Origin: Stegostoma tigrinum
Taxonomy: Eukaryota
Reading direction: 5' to 3'
Length of the DNA stretch: 64,000 nt
Assembly (NCBI RefSeq): GCF_030684315.1
Contig: NC_081373.1
Span: forward strand, 32,589,989 to 32,653,988
Each line of letters starts with the position of its first letter. Position 1 is the first letter of the stretch. Below the pieces are notes generated by a model. It was not told the origin of the DNA, did no database searches, and saw nothing but the letters and a program-made list of their open reading frames with translations. Shown here piece by piece: positions 39,256 through 51,748 of this stretch. Position numbers and translations under genes: made by a program.

Positions 39256-40384
39256 CTTTGTAATATTTGCATCCCTTCAGTCCTTAAGCTCAATGTCCTA
39301 GTTAAGGAAGCTTGGAAGATTGTGAGCAGCATCCTCAAGTTTCCAACTTCTTTCCTTCATTGAGGTAGGATGCCAGAATCTGAAGACAGTGCAGCAGTTA
39401 CATCCCCTATGGAGTACTATCGTTTCTCTCCTCAGTATTTCAGCTACTATTTTAGTCTCTTTGGCTGCTTTTTGTACCTGTGCACCAACCTCTAATGACT
39501 TGTGCATCAAAATTTCTTTGTTCCTCGATTATTCCTAATCTTTCACCTTAAAAGTATTCAAATTTGTCTTCCTAGGAATCAAAATAGATGATGATATATT
39601 TCCTTACTTACTCCCTGTTTCAGTTTTTCTACTCGTGTAATTTGTCTATATCCTTTTGTAACTTTTGGGTCCTATTTACACAATTTTTTTTATTGTGCCC
39701 GTAAGCTTGGTGCTGCACACAGACAGGGAGGTACACCCTTTGGTCCCTTACCATATTTAGGAATGGTATGTTGCGGATTGCATAACCTATTTGAGACTTT
39801 TGTAAATGACGAGAGGTCAGTGCAATCATTCACACTGCAGATGTGGATGGCAAACAGCTTTGTTTGTAAGTGAATGAACCTTCTTCAGGGTTTTATGATA
39901 CACATTGTGGCACTGGATGATGGGAACAAAGCATCAAATTGTGGATTACTTTCCTGGGTGTTGAGGTTAGTGAGAGAGAATTGCAGCTTAGTTACCTTAA
40001 GAACAAGATAGCCCTAAACATGTTAAATAGAGTTTGAAGCTTGGATGGCAGCAGAATGAAAAGAAAACTGAGATACGATGATAGGTTAGAATAAAGATAA
40101 GGCTCGATGCACCTGAGCTGAGACACCAGTTAGGCAGAGTAATTGTGTGATGGGAAGGTTTCATTAAAAGAAAATGAATGAAAATTAAATGTACAAATAG
40201 AGATGATGCGTTCTAGAGCCAAGCCCAAGTCTTGGTGCGTAGTAAGCTTGACTTTTAAATTGAATCGCTGATATTGAGTGAAATTTGGGCTGAGAGAAGA
40301 AGTTTTTGATATCCAAGTGAGAACGTGTTTTTATCAAAACTGGTTTTAAGAGATGTGAATAATTCATTGAAAATAATCTGTCAA

Positions 40385-40790
40385 AGTCATAGAGTGGAAA
40401 CAAGCTGTTTGGTCCAACCAGCCCATGCCAACACAGTCCCAAACTAAACTAGCCCTACTTACTTGGTCCTGGCTTATATCCCTCCAAACCTTTCCTATTC
40501 ATGTACCTATCCAAATGTCTTTTAAACATTATAATTGTACCTGCATCCGCCACTTCCTCAGGAAGTTCATTCCACAGGCGAACCATCCTCTGTGTAAAAT
40601 GTTTGCCTCATGTCATTTTTAAATTTTTCTCCTCTCACTAAGACCTCTAGTCTTGAAATTACCCATCACAGGGAAAAGATAACTACCATTAATTCTCTCC
40701 ATACCTTTCATTATTTTATAAACCTCAACCAGATCGCGCCTCAACCTTCTAAATTCCAATGGAAGAAGACTTAGCCTATCCTGCCTTTGT
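40385..40790 (-). mobile_element. CR1 LINE 3' end
   Basis: LEFRRLRRDLVEVYKIMKGMERI. 3'UTR resembles 30750-31100. Confidence 0.85.
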
Positions 40791-40879
40791 TGTAGGCAAA
40801 GAAATAGAATAGCAGTGGGAAAATTTAAACCAGTGGTCAATAGAGTCTAGGAGAAATCTTGAGTAAAATGCAAAAGCAA

Positions 40880-41198
40880 GTGGCACGGTGGCTCACTGGT
40901 TAGCACTGCTGCCGGGGACCCGGGTTCAGTTCCAGCCTTGGGTGACTGGCTGTTTGGAGTTTGCACATTCTCACTGTGTCTGCGTGGGTTTCATTCAGAT
41001 GCTCCGGTTTCCTTCCACAGTTCAAAGATGTGCAGGGTAGGTGGATTGGCTATACTAAATTGCCGTAATACCCAGGGATATTTGGGTTAGACGTGTGAAA
41101 TGCAGGGGTAGGGAAATGGGTCTGGGTGGGATACTCTGGACGGGCGATGTGGACTGGTTGAACCGAATGGCCTGTTTCCACACTGTAGGGATTCTGTG
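40880..41198 (+). mobile_element. HE1-type V-SINE
   Basis: GTGGCACGGTGGCTCACTGGTTAGCACTGCTGCC...GGGTTCAGTTCC...TGGAGTTTGCACATTCTC. Confidence 0.9.
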
Positions 41199-42964
41199 AA
41201 GAAGGGGAAAGAGAAAGATAATTAAAAATATAGACCACAAAAGAGAGGATAACAAAAGCTACATGAAATGCTAAGCCTGAAAAAATAATTAGGAAGACAG
41301 AAATTAAGTCATTAAGGAATATAGAAATAAACATTATTGGATCTACACAAATAACAGAAGAGTCTTCCGGTTGAAGTTAATAACTCAAGTGATGTCAGTG
41401 AAATTACGAAAGTGTAACAGTTGCTTAGTGTTTGCCTGTGAGATTAGAAATGCATGAGGTTAAAAAGAGATCAAAAAAGCTATGGAGACACATACAAGAT
41501 TAAAAAGGGGAAAAGATAATTGATAACTTAAGTCATTGTTAGAGAAGATATAACCTAGTGTCCAGATGGATTGCGTGGGAATGCGTTAGGGAAGAGGTAG
41601 CAGTGAAGCTATTACACACACATACAAATTCATCAGAGATGGGAATAATGTTAAATGAGTAACCAACAGCTCTTTTATAATACCTTTATTTAAAAGGGAT
41701 GATGAGCAAGTCAAGTGAACTATTTGTCCAATTAACTTCATGCAGATAATGGGAAAGGTTATGAAATCCTTACTTAAAGGTGTAATGAAAAGAAATTAGA
41801 AATTGAAAACATAATAAAGAGTAGTCAGAATGGCATTCGAGAGGAAAGGGCATTCTTGAACAATTTCTATTGAATCAATTGGAAATACAATATAAACACA
41901 TAAGAAATGGCAGCATTGAAGTGACACAGTCTGTCCAACCATGTTCTGTCATTGAATAATCCTGCCTCACCTTCATTCTCTTGGCTATTTCCTTCATTGT
42001 TTGATTCTCTGAGGTGACCAGAAGTCTGTCTTCTGTTTTAAATATACATAAGTGCATCCAGAACCCTCAGTAGATTATTCTAAAAATGCAGAACTTTTTT
42101 TGAAGAGTTTTCACCTAATTGCAATTCTAAATGATTAACCGCTTAATTTGAGATTGCACTCTTCTGTTTTAGGTGCCAGAGCTAGGGAAATCCATGTTTC
42201 AGTGTCTACCTTGTCAAAGCCCATGAGAACCTTATATATTTCAGTTGGATTACAGCTTCTTCTTCTAGGTAGAATTAGAAGACATAATACACTTGGATTT
42301 TAAAAAAAGACCTTTAATAAGGACTCACATGTAATACTCACATTTCTTCCTCCAGTGTGGTTGGAATGTGGAATTCATTACCAAAATGAAGTAGTTGGGG
42401 TAAGTAGGAAAGATACATTTAGGGGGAAGCTAGACATAAGCAAGTGATGAAGAAAGGAATAGGAAGATGTATTGATGGGATTAGATGAAGGAGTCTCTGA
42501 TAAAGCCCAAATATTGGCATTGAACTATTGGGTCACATAGCCAGTTACTGGGCTTTGTAATTGCATGTCACAGGCAATTCCAAAATACTCGATCATTAAC
42601 GTAATTACAGGATTAATTCAAGACTGTTCTCACCCATGGTTCTTGCTTGTTTTGTTTCCTAGCTTTGTTTTTTAAAATAAAGTGCATTTTTGGGATGGCA
42701 ATTAAAAGTACATTAAAATGTGCATTTCTGAATTTATGCCGACTGTGAAGTAGTGTTAATAAACTTGAGAGATTATATTTTGAATATGGTTTTGCATTCC
42801 ACAGTTCATTTTAGCAGAATGTCAGTCTAATATCATAATGGTTTTAATATGATAGGAATACATAGTTTCATTTGTAGTGTTATTTACTAATGAATAGTAG
42901 GTGTAGTGAGGATGACGTATTTGTCAGGAGCATCAAAATATAAAAAATATTTTTTCCTCTGCAG

Positions 42965-43046
42965 TGAGAACTACCTAGTACGATGGGCAAGCTCGGGCCT
43001 TCCAAAAGACATAGACCGACTAAACAACCTCAAAGCCGTATTTACT
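42965..43046 (+). CDS. DOCK1: DOCK1 coding exon (approx. exon 9), 82 nt
   Basis: ctgcag|T...ACT|gtaagc. Translates (S)[27 protein letters not shown]. Phase 2 to 0. Confidence 0.96.
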
Positions 43047-43444
43047 GTAAGCTATTTTCACTTTTCTCAAATTTTTCTAGTCTGGTAGTAGTTTGATAAA
43101 ATTTTAGTGCTGGTATGTTTGTTTTTTTTTCCTGATCACATTAAATTTAACTTAATTTGACATTCCAGGGATTATGATATAATTAATCCTTTGCTATTTG
43201 TTAAAAGACAGAAACGTGATTGAAGCTTTGCATAAGCTTTATCTGGTTAGATTTAGGTTCGAAGATTTTAAAAGTGTTACAATCTGATATTTGTTTTGAA
43301 AAAACTGTGCAACCAGAGAATTATTTTTCTAAAAAATTTCAAATTTTTCACCCAGCCAGCCATTCAGATTACATACACTATGCTCATTAATCAGCTTCTT
43401 GAGGTTGTCATCGACAATAAAAGCTCTTTGGTTCAGGAGAATGG

Positions 43445-44400
43445 GGAATTGTAGCAAAGTGGTAATGCTGGCCTGTTGCTCGTGAGACCAGGCAGCCAGG
43501 AGAATTTAAATTCACTTAATTAAATCTGGAACAAATTCCGAGTCGAAGTAATAGTGATCATGAAACAACCAAATGATCATAAAAATACATCTGCTTGTCA
43601 AAAGTCTCTCCTGGAAAGAAACCTGACAACCTTATCTGGTCTGACTCATATCTGACTCATAATTTCCCTTGCAGAGACCTAGCTAGCCATTTTTGTATTA
43701 AATATTATGTAAAGTCAAATCAGAATAAAACTGGACAGACTACCCAGTATTGTCCTAGAAACTGGAAGCTTTAGAGGTTTGTTTGTCCAGTGAACTCCTA
43801 TAAATTGATCCTCGCTAACCTTTGGAGAACCAGACTAAAATGGGAGCACCTGTTCCACAAGACTATTCAAGAATACCTTGAAACGGTCATACATGCTGAA
43901 TCATAACGTAGAGACAATGTCCCAGAATCCTCTATCACTATCTCTGGGTATGTCCAATCCAACAGGCAGGAATCAGAGAAAGCATCCGAGTCCTGTACAG
44001 TCAAAAGAAAATGAACCCAGAAATCCTCAACTTTGAATATCTGCCCCAAGAGAATTACAACATCAGGTGAAATATGGGCAAGAAACTCTCTTGTTAGTTA
44101 GTACCTTATCGTCAGCTGAGGGACTGTGGTGATCATTGTTCCTCCATATTGAGCACCTTTTGTAAGAAGGACTGAGTGTACTCGAGATGGAGTCTCCAAT
44201 ATCCAATTTTCAAGTGACGCAAGCACTCTTGTACTGACTGACCTGACTGAATCTTAAAGGATGTATCTGCTCGGTTAGGTCTATGGCAGGTGATGAAGAA
44301 ACCAGAGAGGCAAAAACTTACTTCATCTGACCCTCACCAGTCTGTCTTTCATGGATACATCTGCCCTTGTTAGGATTGACCACTACGCAATTCTTATGGG
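43445..44400 (+). mobile_element. 5' part of the second LINE family: tRNA-like head followed by decayed AP-endonuclease sequence
   Basis: Collinear with 54400-55700. Box A-like gtagcaaagtggtaa at 43451. Confidence 0.6.
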
Positions 44401-45039
44401 GAGCAGGGTCCCTTGGTTTACATGCCTGCAAGATGCAGCCTTGACCATGCTGTGATATAGGCAGAAGAAAAACATCTTTCATCAAATTGTTGATTTTCAA
44501 GTTGTGTTTTTGTAATAAAACTTACTCTAATGTGCTAAGTACAGCAAGTTGGCTTAGACTTGACCCAAATGTGTATCCGTGAAGATGCATCATTTCCTTA
44601 GATGTAATTGTCCTTTAACATCAGTCTTAAACTACTCATGCTAAGGTGATCTTTACTGCTTAGCATGAAATATTAAGGGCCTTAAAAGACTTTATTGTAA
44701 ACGAAGAGTTTGTTTGCCAAAATACTTTTGTGTGCTTAATTCAAATGACTGCGCAGATTAAGTTTTAATCCCATCGTAAAAATGTATAAGTAATTAGCTG
44801 AAAGCAATGCCAGGTGTTATTTTGACCATCAATGGAAAAGAAAATCAACCTTAATGTTATATTTTAAGTAGAATATGTATTTAGACTTTTTTAAGTGAAA
44901 AGCTATCTTGGGTAAAGTGAGTATGTTGCTTGCTCAAATTTAAAAAAACACTGCAAGTGCACTAAGTGTGCATTTATTTAGCACCATACATAGCTACTGG
45001 ATATATCACAAAAACACATTTCACCCCATTCATTGTTAT

Positions 45040-45390
45040 GGTGTGCAGCCTTTGAAGAATCGTAGGAAAGGTGGCGCCAAATCTGTATGCAGCAAGCCCT
45101 CAAACAACATTGTGTAAGTAGCTAGCTAATCTGTTTTAGTGATGTTGGTTTGAGGTATAAAAATTAGCTAGGATTTTGGGCTGTTTCTCCTTGAATCATT
45201 GACAAGGACCTTTAACGCTCACTTGAGAGAGCAGATGTGGCCAGCGTTTAACATCTCAGCTGAAAAACAGCACATATGATGGTACAGTACTGCACTGGAC
45301 TTTCAGCTTTGCTGTTTGTGCTCAAGTCCTGGAATGGGACTTGAACTGGAACCTTCTGACCTAAGAGGTGAGATTGCAGTCACCTTAGCC
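45040..45390 (-). mobile_element. DeuSINE-like element (SacSINE1/AmnSINE1 superfamily)
   Basis: Minus strand has a tRNA-like head (ttcaagtccca), then gtgctgtttttcagctgagatgttaaacgc...ccaacatcactaaaacagattagct. This resembles the Deu-domain consensus as I recall it. Confidence 0.65.
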
Positions 45391-45502
45391 ATAGCAGTCA
45401 GCACCTGTGAAGGGAAAAGAGACGTTATATACTTTGAATGTGTCTGTATGTCTCATTTGAACCGGAATATTTTATTTGGCATATTTTCCTATTTTTGCAT
45501 AG

Positions 45503-45638
45503 GATCTTGGCAGCAAAGATCTTAAGAGAGAAAAAATTAGCTTTGTGTGTCAAATTATCAGAGTGGGTCGCATGGAGCTGAAAGACAACAATACCAAGAA
45601 ATTCACTACAGGGTTGAGAAGACCCTTTGGAGTGGCAG
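45503..45638 (+). CDS. DOCK1: DOCK1 coding exon (approx. exon 10), 136 nt
   Basis: gcatag|GAT...G|gtaaag. Translates [45 protein letters not shown](V). Phase 0 to 1. Confidence 0.96.
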
Positions 45639-47449
45639 GTAAAGGCTCGGTCAAAACACTAACTATGTGAATATCTAAATTTGGACTATTGAGTAATATA
45701 AATGTTATTTTTCTTTGAGCAACATACACATTTTCAATTAATTTACTAAACATTACAACTAGTGGGGGTATGTGTGAAATGTGCATCTTTTAAGGGTTTT
45801 GCATGTAAGCAATACCATTTCCAATAATATGCAGGCAACTAAGTGTTTAATCTACACTTGACAAAGTGAGTAAGTAATTCAAATATGCTGATTGAGTAGC
45901 CAAATGGAAGGAGATGTGATGAATGCATATTAGAACAGGTTAGATAATCAGTGAGATGTGGATTGGCTGGGTCTATTTCTGTATTTTAACATCGATGCAT
46001 TTCAATATGTAAACAAGAAATGTGGTAGAAGAGCTGTTCAAGATATCTAAGCTCAACCGACACTTAAATCTTTTGCTGTTCCTTCGCTAATACCAAAATG
46101 CTTGAGTACAGTTGACTGAATACCTAAAATGTGTGGCAGAATGACACCGTTGCCATGTTGATTATGACTTATAACCATTTTGCCTTAAACCTATTATTTA
46201 AAAAATAACAAATGATCAATTTATCGTACTTCTTCAATTATCTTTCTATCCATGGATGCAAATTTTATGTTTTGATAAGATTTAAACATTTTTCACAGAA
46301 TATAAGTGATCTGTGGTTTTCAGTAGGGAGCTGTCAGGATCAAGCAGCAATTATAATTACTAAAAATGGAATATTGCATAAAAGGTATTTGTATGGATAC
46401 ATGGATAACTATTGGTCATTCATATCTCGGAATATTTTGCCTATAATTATGTAAAAAAGAAATGAGGTTTCTCTTTATAAATTGTAACGTTTTTCAAGTA
46501 GCCTGTTAAAATGTACTTTCTGTATGATGTCTTCTGTAAAAGCTGCTTGCTATGGTTTTATGTAAATTGGTTCTTAAATAATTTTCTGCATGATTCATTA
46601 AGGAAGGGGTCCAGTAGTTGAACTACTGAGAAATTAATTGCCATCTAAAAAGCTTCTTAAATTATATATTTTTTCAGAAGTCATCATTAATTTTTGTTTT
46701 GAACTCTTTCAAACTTTTGAGCAGTAGTAGTTTCAAAAGTTGCTAGCTTTTAAAAATCTGATTAGTATGAATTAACATTTGTGAGAAATTGATTTATTTT
46801 GTGAATATTAGATGGCAGTAATAAAGTTTTGATTTTTTTTAAATATTTCAATTGGGATTTCAAGTATTAAACAGAATATCATGCAAGAGTTTGATGAACC
46901 ATTAATTGTACTCAGCAAATAGTAACATGCATTCTTTATTTGGAAGACGTGACAGGCTCAATCGGACTCAGTGCTCGTAGGGTAGATCTGATTATTTCTA
47001 CTTGAATTCACAAATCAAAACGCAGCATTAAACCTTGCTAATTCAATTTATCAGGAGCCGTTTGAAATAAAATATTGGACTTTTGCTGCACACGTTGCTG
47101 CATTATAAATGGAAAGCACATATGTGCAGGGGAAGTGACTTGAAGGCAATTGGATCTCATTTTGTCAAGAAACAACTTCACCAGATTCTAGATTTTACTT
47201 TACATTCATTTTCACAGGAACCGAAGTAGTTGTAGAGCGGCAGTCTTTGAAATGCGTGGCTGTTGAAATTGTTAACACAGGCTTTGGAGTGATTACTTAA
47301 TAATAGTCAAGGAAAAGAACTAAGTGTGTGTTCTAATAATATCTTGTGTGTTCTAATAATATCCTATGTCTTCCACACAGCCACTTGTAGACAAGGAACA
47401 TGCCAGTGCTGCTCTGTGCCATCAATTGGAGTCTTCAGATTTTTAAAAA

Positions 47450-47708
47450 TTCTTCATTCACAGGATATGGGTGTTGTTGGATGGGCCAGCCTTTGTTGTC
47501 CATCTTTAGTTGCCGTTATGAGGGTCGTAGTGAGGTACCTCCTTCAACAATTTCAGTTGTTGAGGTCTAGCTATACCCACAGTGCTACTAGAAGGGGTTT
47601 TTAGATTATTGACCCAGTGATGGTGAAAAAGTGGTGATATAATTCCAAATCAGGATGTTGTGTGACTTGAAAGCAACCTGCAGGTGGTGGTGGTGGACCA
47701 ATGCATCT
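47450..47708 (-). mobile_element. 3' terminus of the second LINE family (another copy at about 51285-51560)
   Basis: The two copies are collinear (...ccaaatcaggatgttgtgtgacttg vs ...gcaagtcaggatgctgtgtagctc). Confidence 0.6.
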
Positions 47709-48963
47709 GAGTAGGTTCATATCAGAAAGGGATTTGTTACATCACATGGTCAGCAAGGAGCATAGTCAGCGTGAACAGTGACTCCATCCAACTGAGAAAA
47801 AGGCTGACTGAAGTAGATTCAAAGTGGGATTTGGTGCAATGGTATACAGAGGTGCTTTTAATTAAAGTTTACTGCAAGAAGTAAACTTTCTATACCTGTA
47901 GGTAGGCAGGAGAAGTTAAAAAGGCACTGATCAAAAGGCCAATCTACACTAACAGCAGCAGAGTGACATCACATACCACAAAAATGATACAAAGGGAAGG
48001 TGGATGATTGGTGGTAGAACTGATATATATTTCTAGTCTATAAAAGTAAAAGGCTGCCAGTTTGTGTTTAGGTCTGTATGTGTGGCCTTGTGCTCTGGAG
48101 CCTGCAGGCACATCCAGTGAGCCCCAGAACACCAAGAGCAGCAAGCCCAGAGCAGCGTGTGGGCTACGAGCCCAGAGTAGAGCAGGTAAGAAGCCCTGGA
48201 CCAGCAAGCAGGCAGCATGTCTGAGAATGGTGTAAGGGGGAAATCCTGCCAATCACCTTAGAGCAGCTGAGTGCCAATGTGGAGCAGAATGGAGCTTTGA
48301 GCAGAATAGGAATGGCTCTTGGTCGAGAGCCTGGGGAGGGTGGTCAGACCACGTGTGGAGGCTCTGCACTGAGCTACTTTACTGTAATGTCTGTTTGAAA
48401 TTTCCTACCTGATTATAATGTTAACCCTTTAATATTTTCCTGTTTTAAACTTATTTTTCAACTGTAAGCAATGCAACTACTCTTATATTCCTCTGCTGTA
48501 TCCAAGAAATGTGCCTAGGTACTTGTACCTAAGATGTTGCCATAAGAAGGCAGACCTTGTGAAGTTTTTCACTATATTCTTCCGATGGCACACATGTGAC
48601 AATAAAAGGATATTGTATTGTATTTTTTCCTCTCTCGTTTCTTCGAAACAGTTTGTTAAGTGTAAGAGTGAAACTGGTCTTCTTTTCAATTTAAAAGATT
48701 ACAATCAAGAAAATGTTGTGCAGTGATTCACCATGTTTGTTCAATTGCACATTCCACCATGCCTACCTATAGGTATGGAAAGTTTACATCTTGCAGTAAA
48801 CTTTAATTAAAAGCACCTCTGTACACCATTGCACCAAATCCCACTTTGAATCTACTTTACTCAGCTTTTTTTCTCAGTCAGATGGAGGCACAGCTCACAC
48901 TGACTGTGCTCCTTGCTTGACAATGTGATGCAACAAATCCCTTTCTTATATGGATCTGTTCAG
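47707..48963. repeat. About 200-bp inverted repeats (47707-47908 and 48760-48963) around an 850-bp spacer
   Basis: For example acagaggtgcttttaattaaagtttactgcaaga vs tcttgcagtaaactttaattaaaagcacctctgt, and agtagattcaaagtgggatttggtgcaatggt vs accattgcaccaaatcccactttgaatctact. Confidence 0.93.
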
Positions 48964-49240
48964 AGTTTCTTAACTACAGTAGTCAGTACTTTATTTAGGC
49001 AAACGATTTCAGTTTGAAAGCTACCTGCCAATGTCATGCAATTGCCTCGTTTTATTTAGGCTTTTTAAAACTTACTTAAAGACTGCTGTCTGAATTGACT
49101 TTATTTCTAAAACGAATTTGGAAAAGTTGCACCAGTTAAATTTCCACCGTGAACCAAATTCCCTAGCAATACTTACTCTGTCTCAGTATCACTGAGGTAA
49201 GGTCCCTCCTCGCATGAACTTTTTTCTATTATTATTTCAG

Positions 49241-49313
49241 TTATGGATGTCACTGACATTATTACTGGGAAAGTGGATGACGAGGACAAACAACATTTTA
49301 TTCCATTCCAACC
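49241..49313 (+). CDS. DOCK1: DOCK1 coding exon (approx. exon 11), 73 nt
   Basis: tttcag|TT...CC|gtaagt. Translates (V)MDVTDIITGKVDDEDKQHFIPFQ(P). Phase 1 to 2. Confidence 0.96.
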
Positions 49314-50374
49314 GTAAGTGTTTTAAATCTTGTTAGCTCTCAATCTTTGACCAAATCTTTGTTTAATATTATCAATATGTTTATGTTTAAGGATACCTGT
49401 AAAATGTATAAATTGCAAAGCAATGTCAATGTGTTTGATTTTTGGGGTAACATGACAAATATATTGAAAATTCTATTATTGTATTAGTTCCCTGTATAAA
49501 TCTATAATGGCCTAAAGACCTATATTGTGAAATTAGCATTTTCATGTGGGAGAATTTTTGTAGCTGGACAACAATATTGTAGTGCTTTGTTTATATGATA
49601 CCATAATATCTAAACATGGAATGAAGATAAGTATTTTCTACTAACAAATGTAATGCTGCTTTATCTTGAATGCTCTTGGTGGGCGGTAGCTGTAAAAAGT
49701 CTCATTGATAAATCCCCTTTTCTGAGTAGGACCCCTCCCTCTCTCTCTCCCTGCTCCCCCACCTGCTGCCTACCCTAATCTTAGTGTCAGCCAGATCCTG
49801 GTTCTTTGCTAGGACTGGATCTAGTTCCAGCAGTACTGGTAGTGTTGTTGGAATTGGCCACCTGTTGGTTAGTATAATTTAGTTCTCGGACGTGGAACAT
49901 CCTCCCAAGATGGGGGCCCTTTGTTTTCTAATGTGGCATTTTTTTTTGGAGTAATTGTCATTTTATCAGATGAAAGCAATGAAAATTTAGAAATCTGATG
50001 ATTAAAATCTCAAAATTACTAAGTATCCTATAAAACCATGGCTGTCCATTATCACATTAAATTATATGTTACACATAAAATTATGATAGTTAAAAGCCGA
50101 TTGTTAAGACGGTCTGATTGCCTTATTAGCTCTTTTTTCTTAAAAAACACATTTTATCTGTTTGTGGTAGGCTACATTTCAGTTGATTTAATTTATGCTA
50201 TGTCTAGCTTTCATTTCTAATTTTTGGTCCTTCTACATTTTCTTGTTTATTATCAGCTTGTGCAATTCTTTGACTTTTGCTTTATAGTAACGTAGGATAC
50301 TCTTGTCTATATGTCCTTGCTTATTCTTTTTATGTTCTTGTTCATGCTTAAAAACAGCTAGCCAAAATATTGGA

Positions 50375-50540
50375 TAACAAAGTGTGAAGCTGGATGAACG
50401 CAGCAGGCCAAGCAGCATCTCAGGAGCACAAAAGCTTTTGTGCTCCTGATGCTCCTGAGATGCTGCTTGGCCTGCTGTGTTCATCCAGCTTCACACTTTG
50501 TTATCTTGGATTCTCCAGCATCTACAGTTCCCATTATCAC
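50375..50540. mobile_element. Palindromic PLE-derived mini-element with 15-bp TSD
   Basis: Arms centred on AAAAGCTTTT (50430-50439). TSD agccaaaatattgga at 50360-50374 and 50541-50555. Right arm is nearly identical to 717-815. Confidence 0.9.
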
Positions 50541-51700
50541 AGCCAAAATATTGGAGTCTCTTTTAAGCTCAGCTGTCATTGTGTTCTATTCAGCATAATT
50601 ATGATTGGGGTTACAACATAGGTCTGCTGTAAATTAGTGTTGGAATTAGGTTAATTAGTGGTGGAGTTTGAAATATTGAGTGTGGAACATTCCACTAGTT
50701 TAAGTTATGTTTCTGGCTGATGTTCTCAGAGATGTTAATGCTATTTTTGTGGAAAATAAAATTGGAAAATTTCAGTAGAATGACCAGAAGAATGTAGAAC
50801 TTAAAATGTAGATAAATGTCAAGGCAAAAGTTACAGCCAACTTGAAAGTATAAATTTCCCTGAAGTGCTGAATGACGGTTTATTTGAAGCATGTATTTGG
50901 GCTTTGTCTAGATTTGAGAAAGACATGGGTTTTGTGTTGAACTTGGTTGATTACTGCCAACAAATATAATTTATGCTAAACAGGGTATTGATTTAACTTG
51001 TCAACGGAGAATTCTCTCAAATTGTCACCAAATGTGGCCCATTGGTTACCCATGGCAGCAATATATGTGCTGAAGTCAGAGCGATAATATTATAAAGTGT
51101 TCTTGGTTTCCCCTTACCATTCTGTAGCGAGCCACCTTTCAAAATATTTGGTGTACTGCTACTCTGCCTGTTCAGTAATGTCCCTATCACATCCTATTTG
51201 TGGAAGGTGGATTCAACTTTACAGTGTTTCCGTTGAAAGTAATATAGTGAAGGAGATTTTAAAAAAAAGACTTGGAAAGGAATTGTTCATGAAAAATGGA
51301 TGTTCCCTGGCTAGGTTAGCATTTATTGCTCTTCATTAATTGCCCTAGAGAAGATGATGGTGAGCTGCCTTCTTGAATTGTTGCAGTTTTTAGTGGTGTT
51401 AGGAAGCAAGTTCCACGACTTTGACTCAACAACCGTGAAGATTAGATAATGTAGTTGCAAGTCAGGATGCTGTGTAGCTCTGAGGGAACCTTGTCATGGT
51501 GGTGGTCCTATGTATCTGTTTCCCTTGTCTTAGGTTGTTCATGGGTTTGGGAGGTGAATTGAATAATTTGTTGGCAGTACTATTGAAATGGGAAGGGTGT
51601 GATTAATCAGGATCCAAAACATTTTTCAATGTAATACATAAAACATAAGATTAGATAGATTGGTCCTAAAGGGATGAATTCCGTGCAGGTGGATGGATCC

Positions 51701-51702
<2 letters not shown>

Positions 51703-51745
<43 letters not shown>
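51703..51745. repeat. (TG)21 microsatellite
   Basis: Directly visible. Confidence 0.97.

Positions 51746-51748
<3 letters not shown>

Noticed and set aside
47325-47363. 20-bp tandem duplication tgtgtgttctaataatatc
   Set aside because: Ordinary slippage-type duplication with no further structure.
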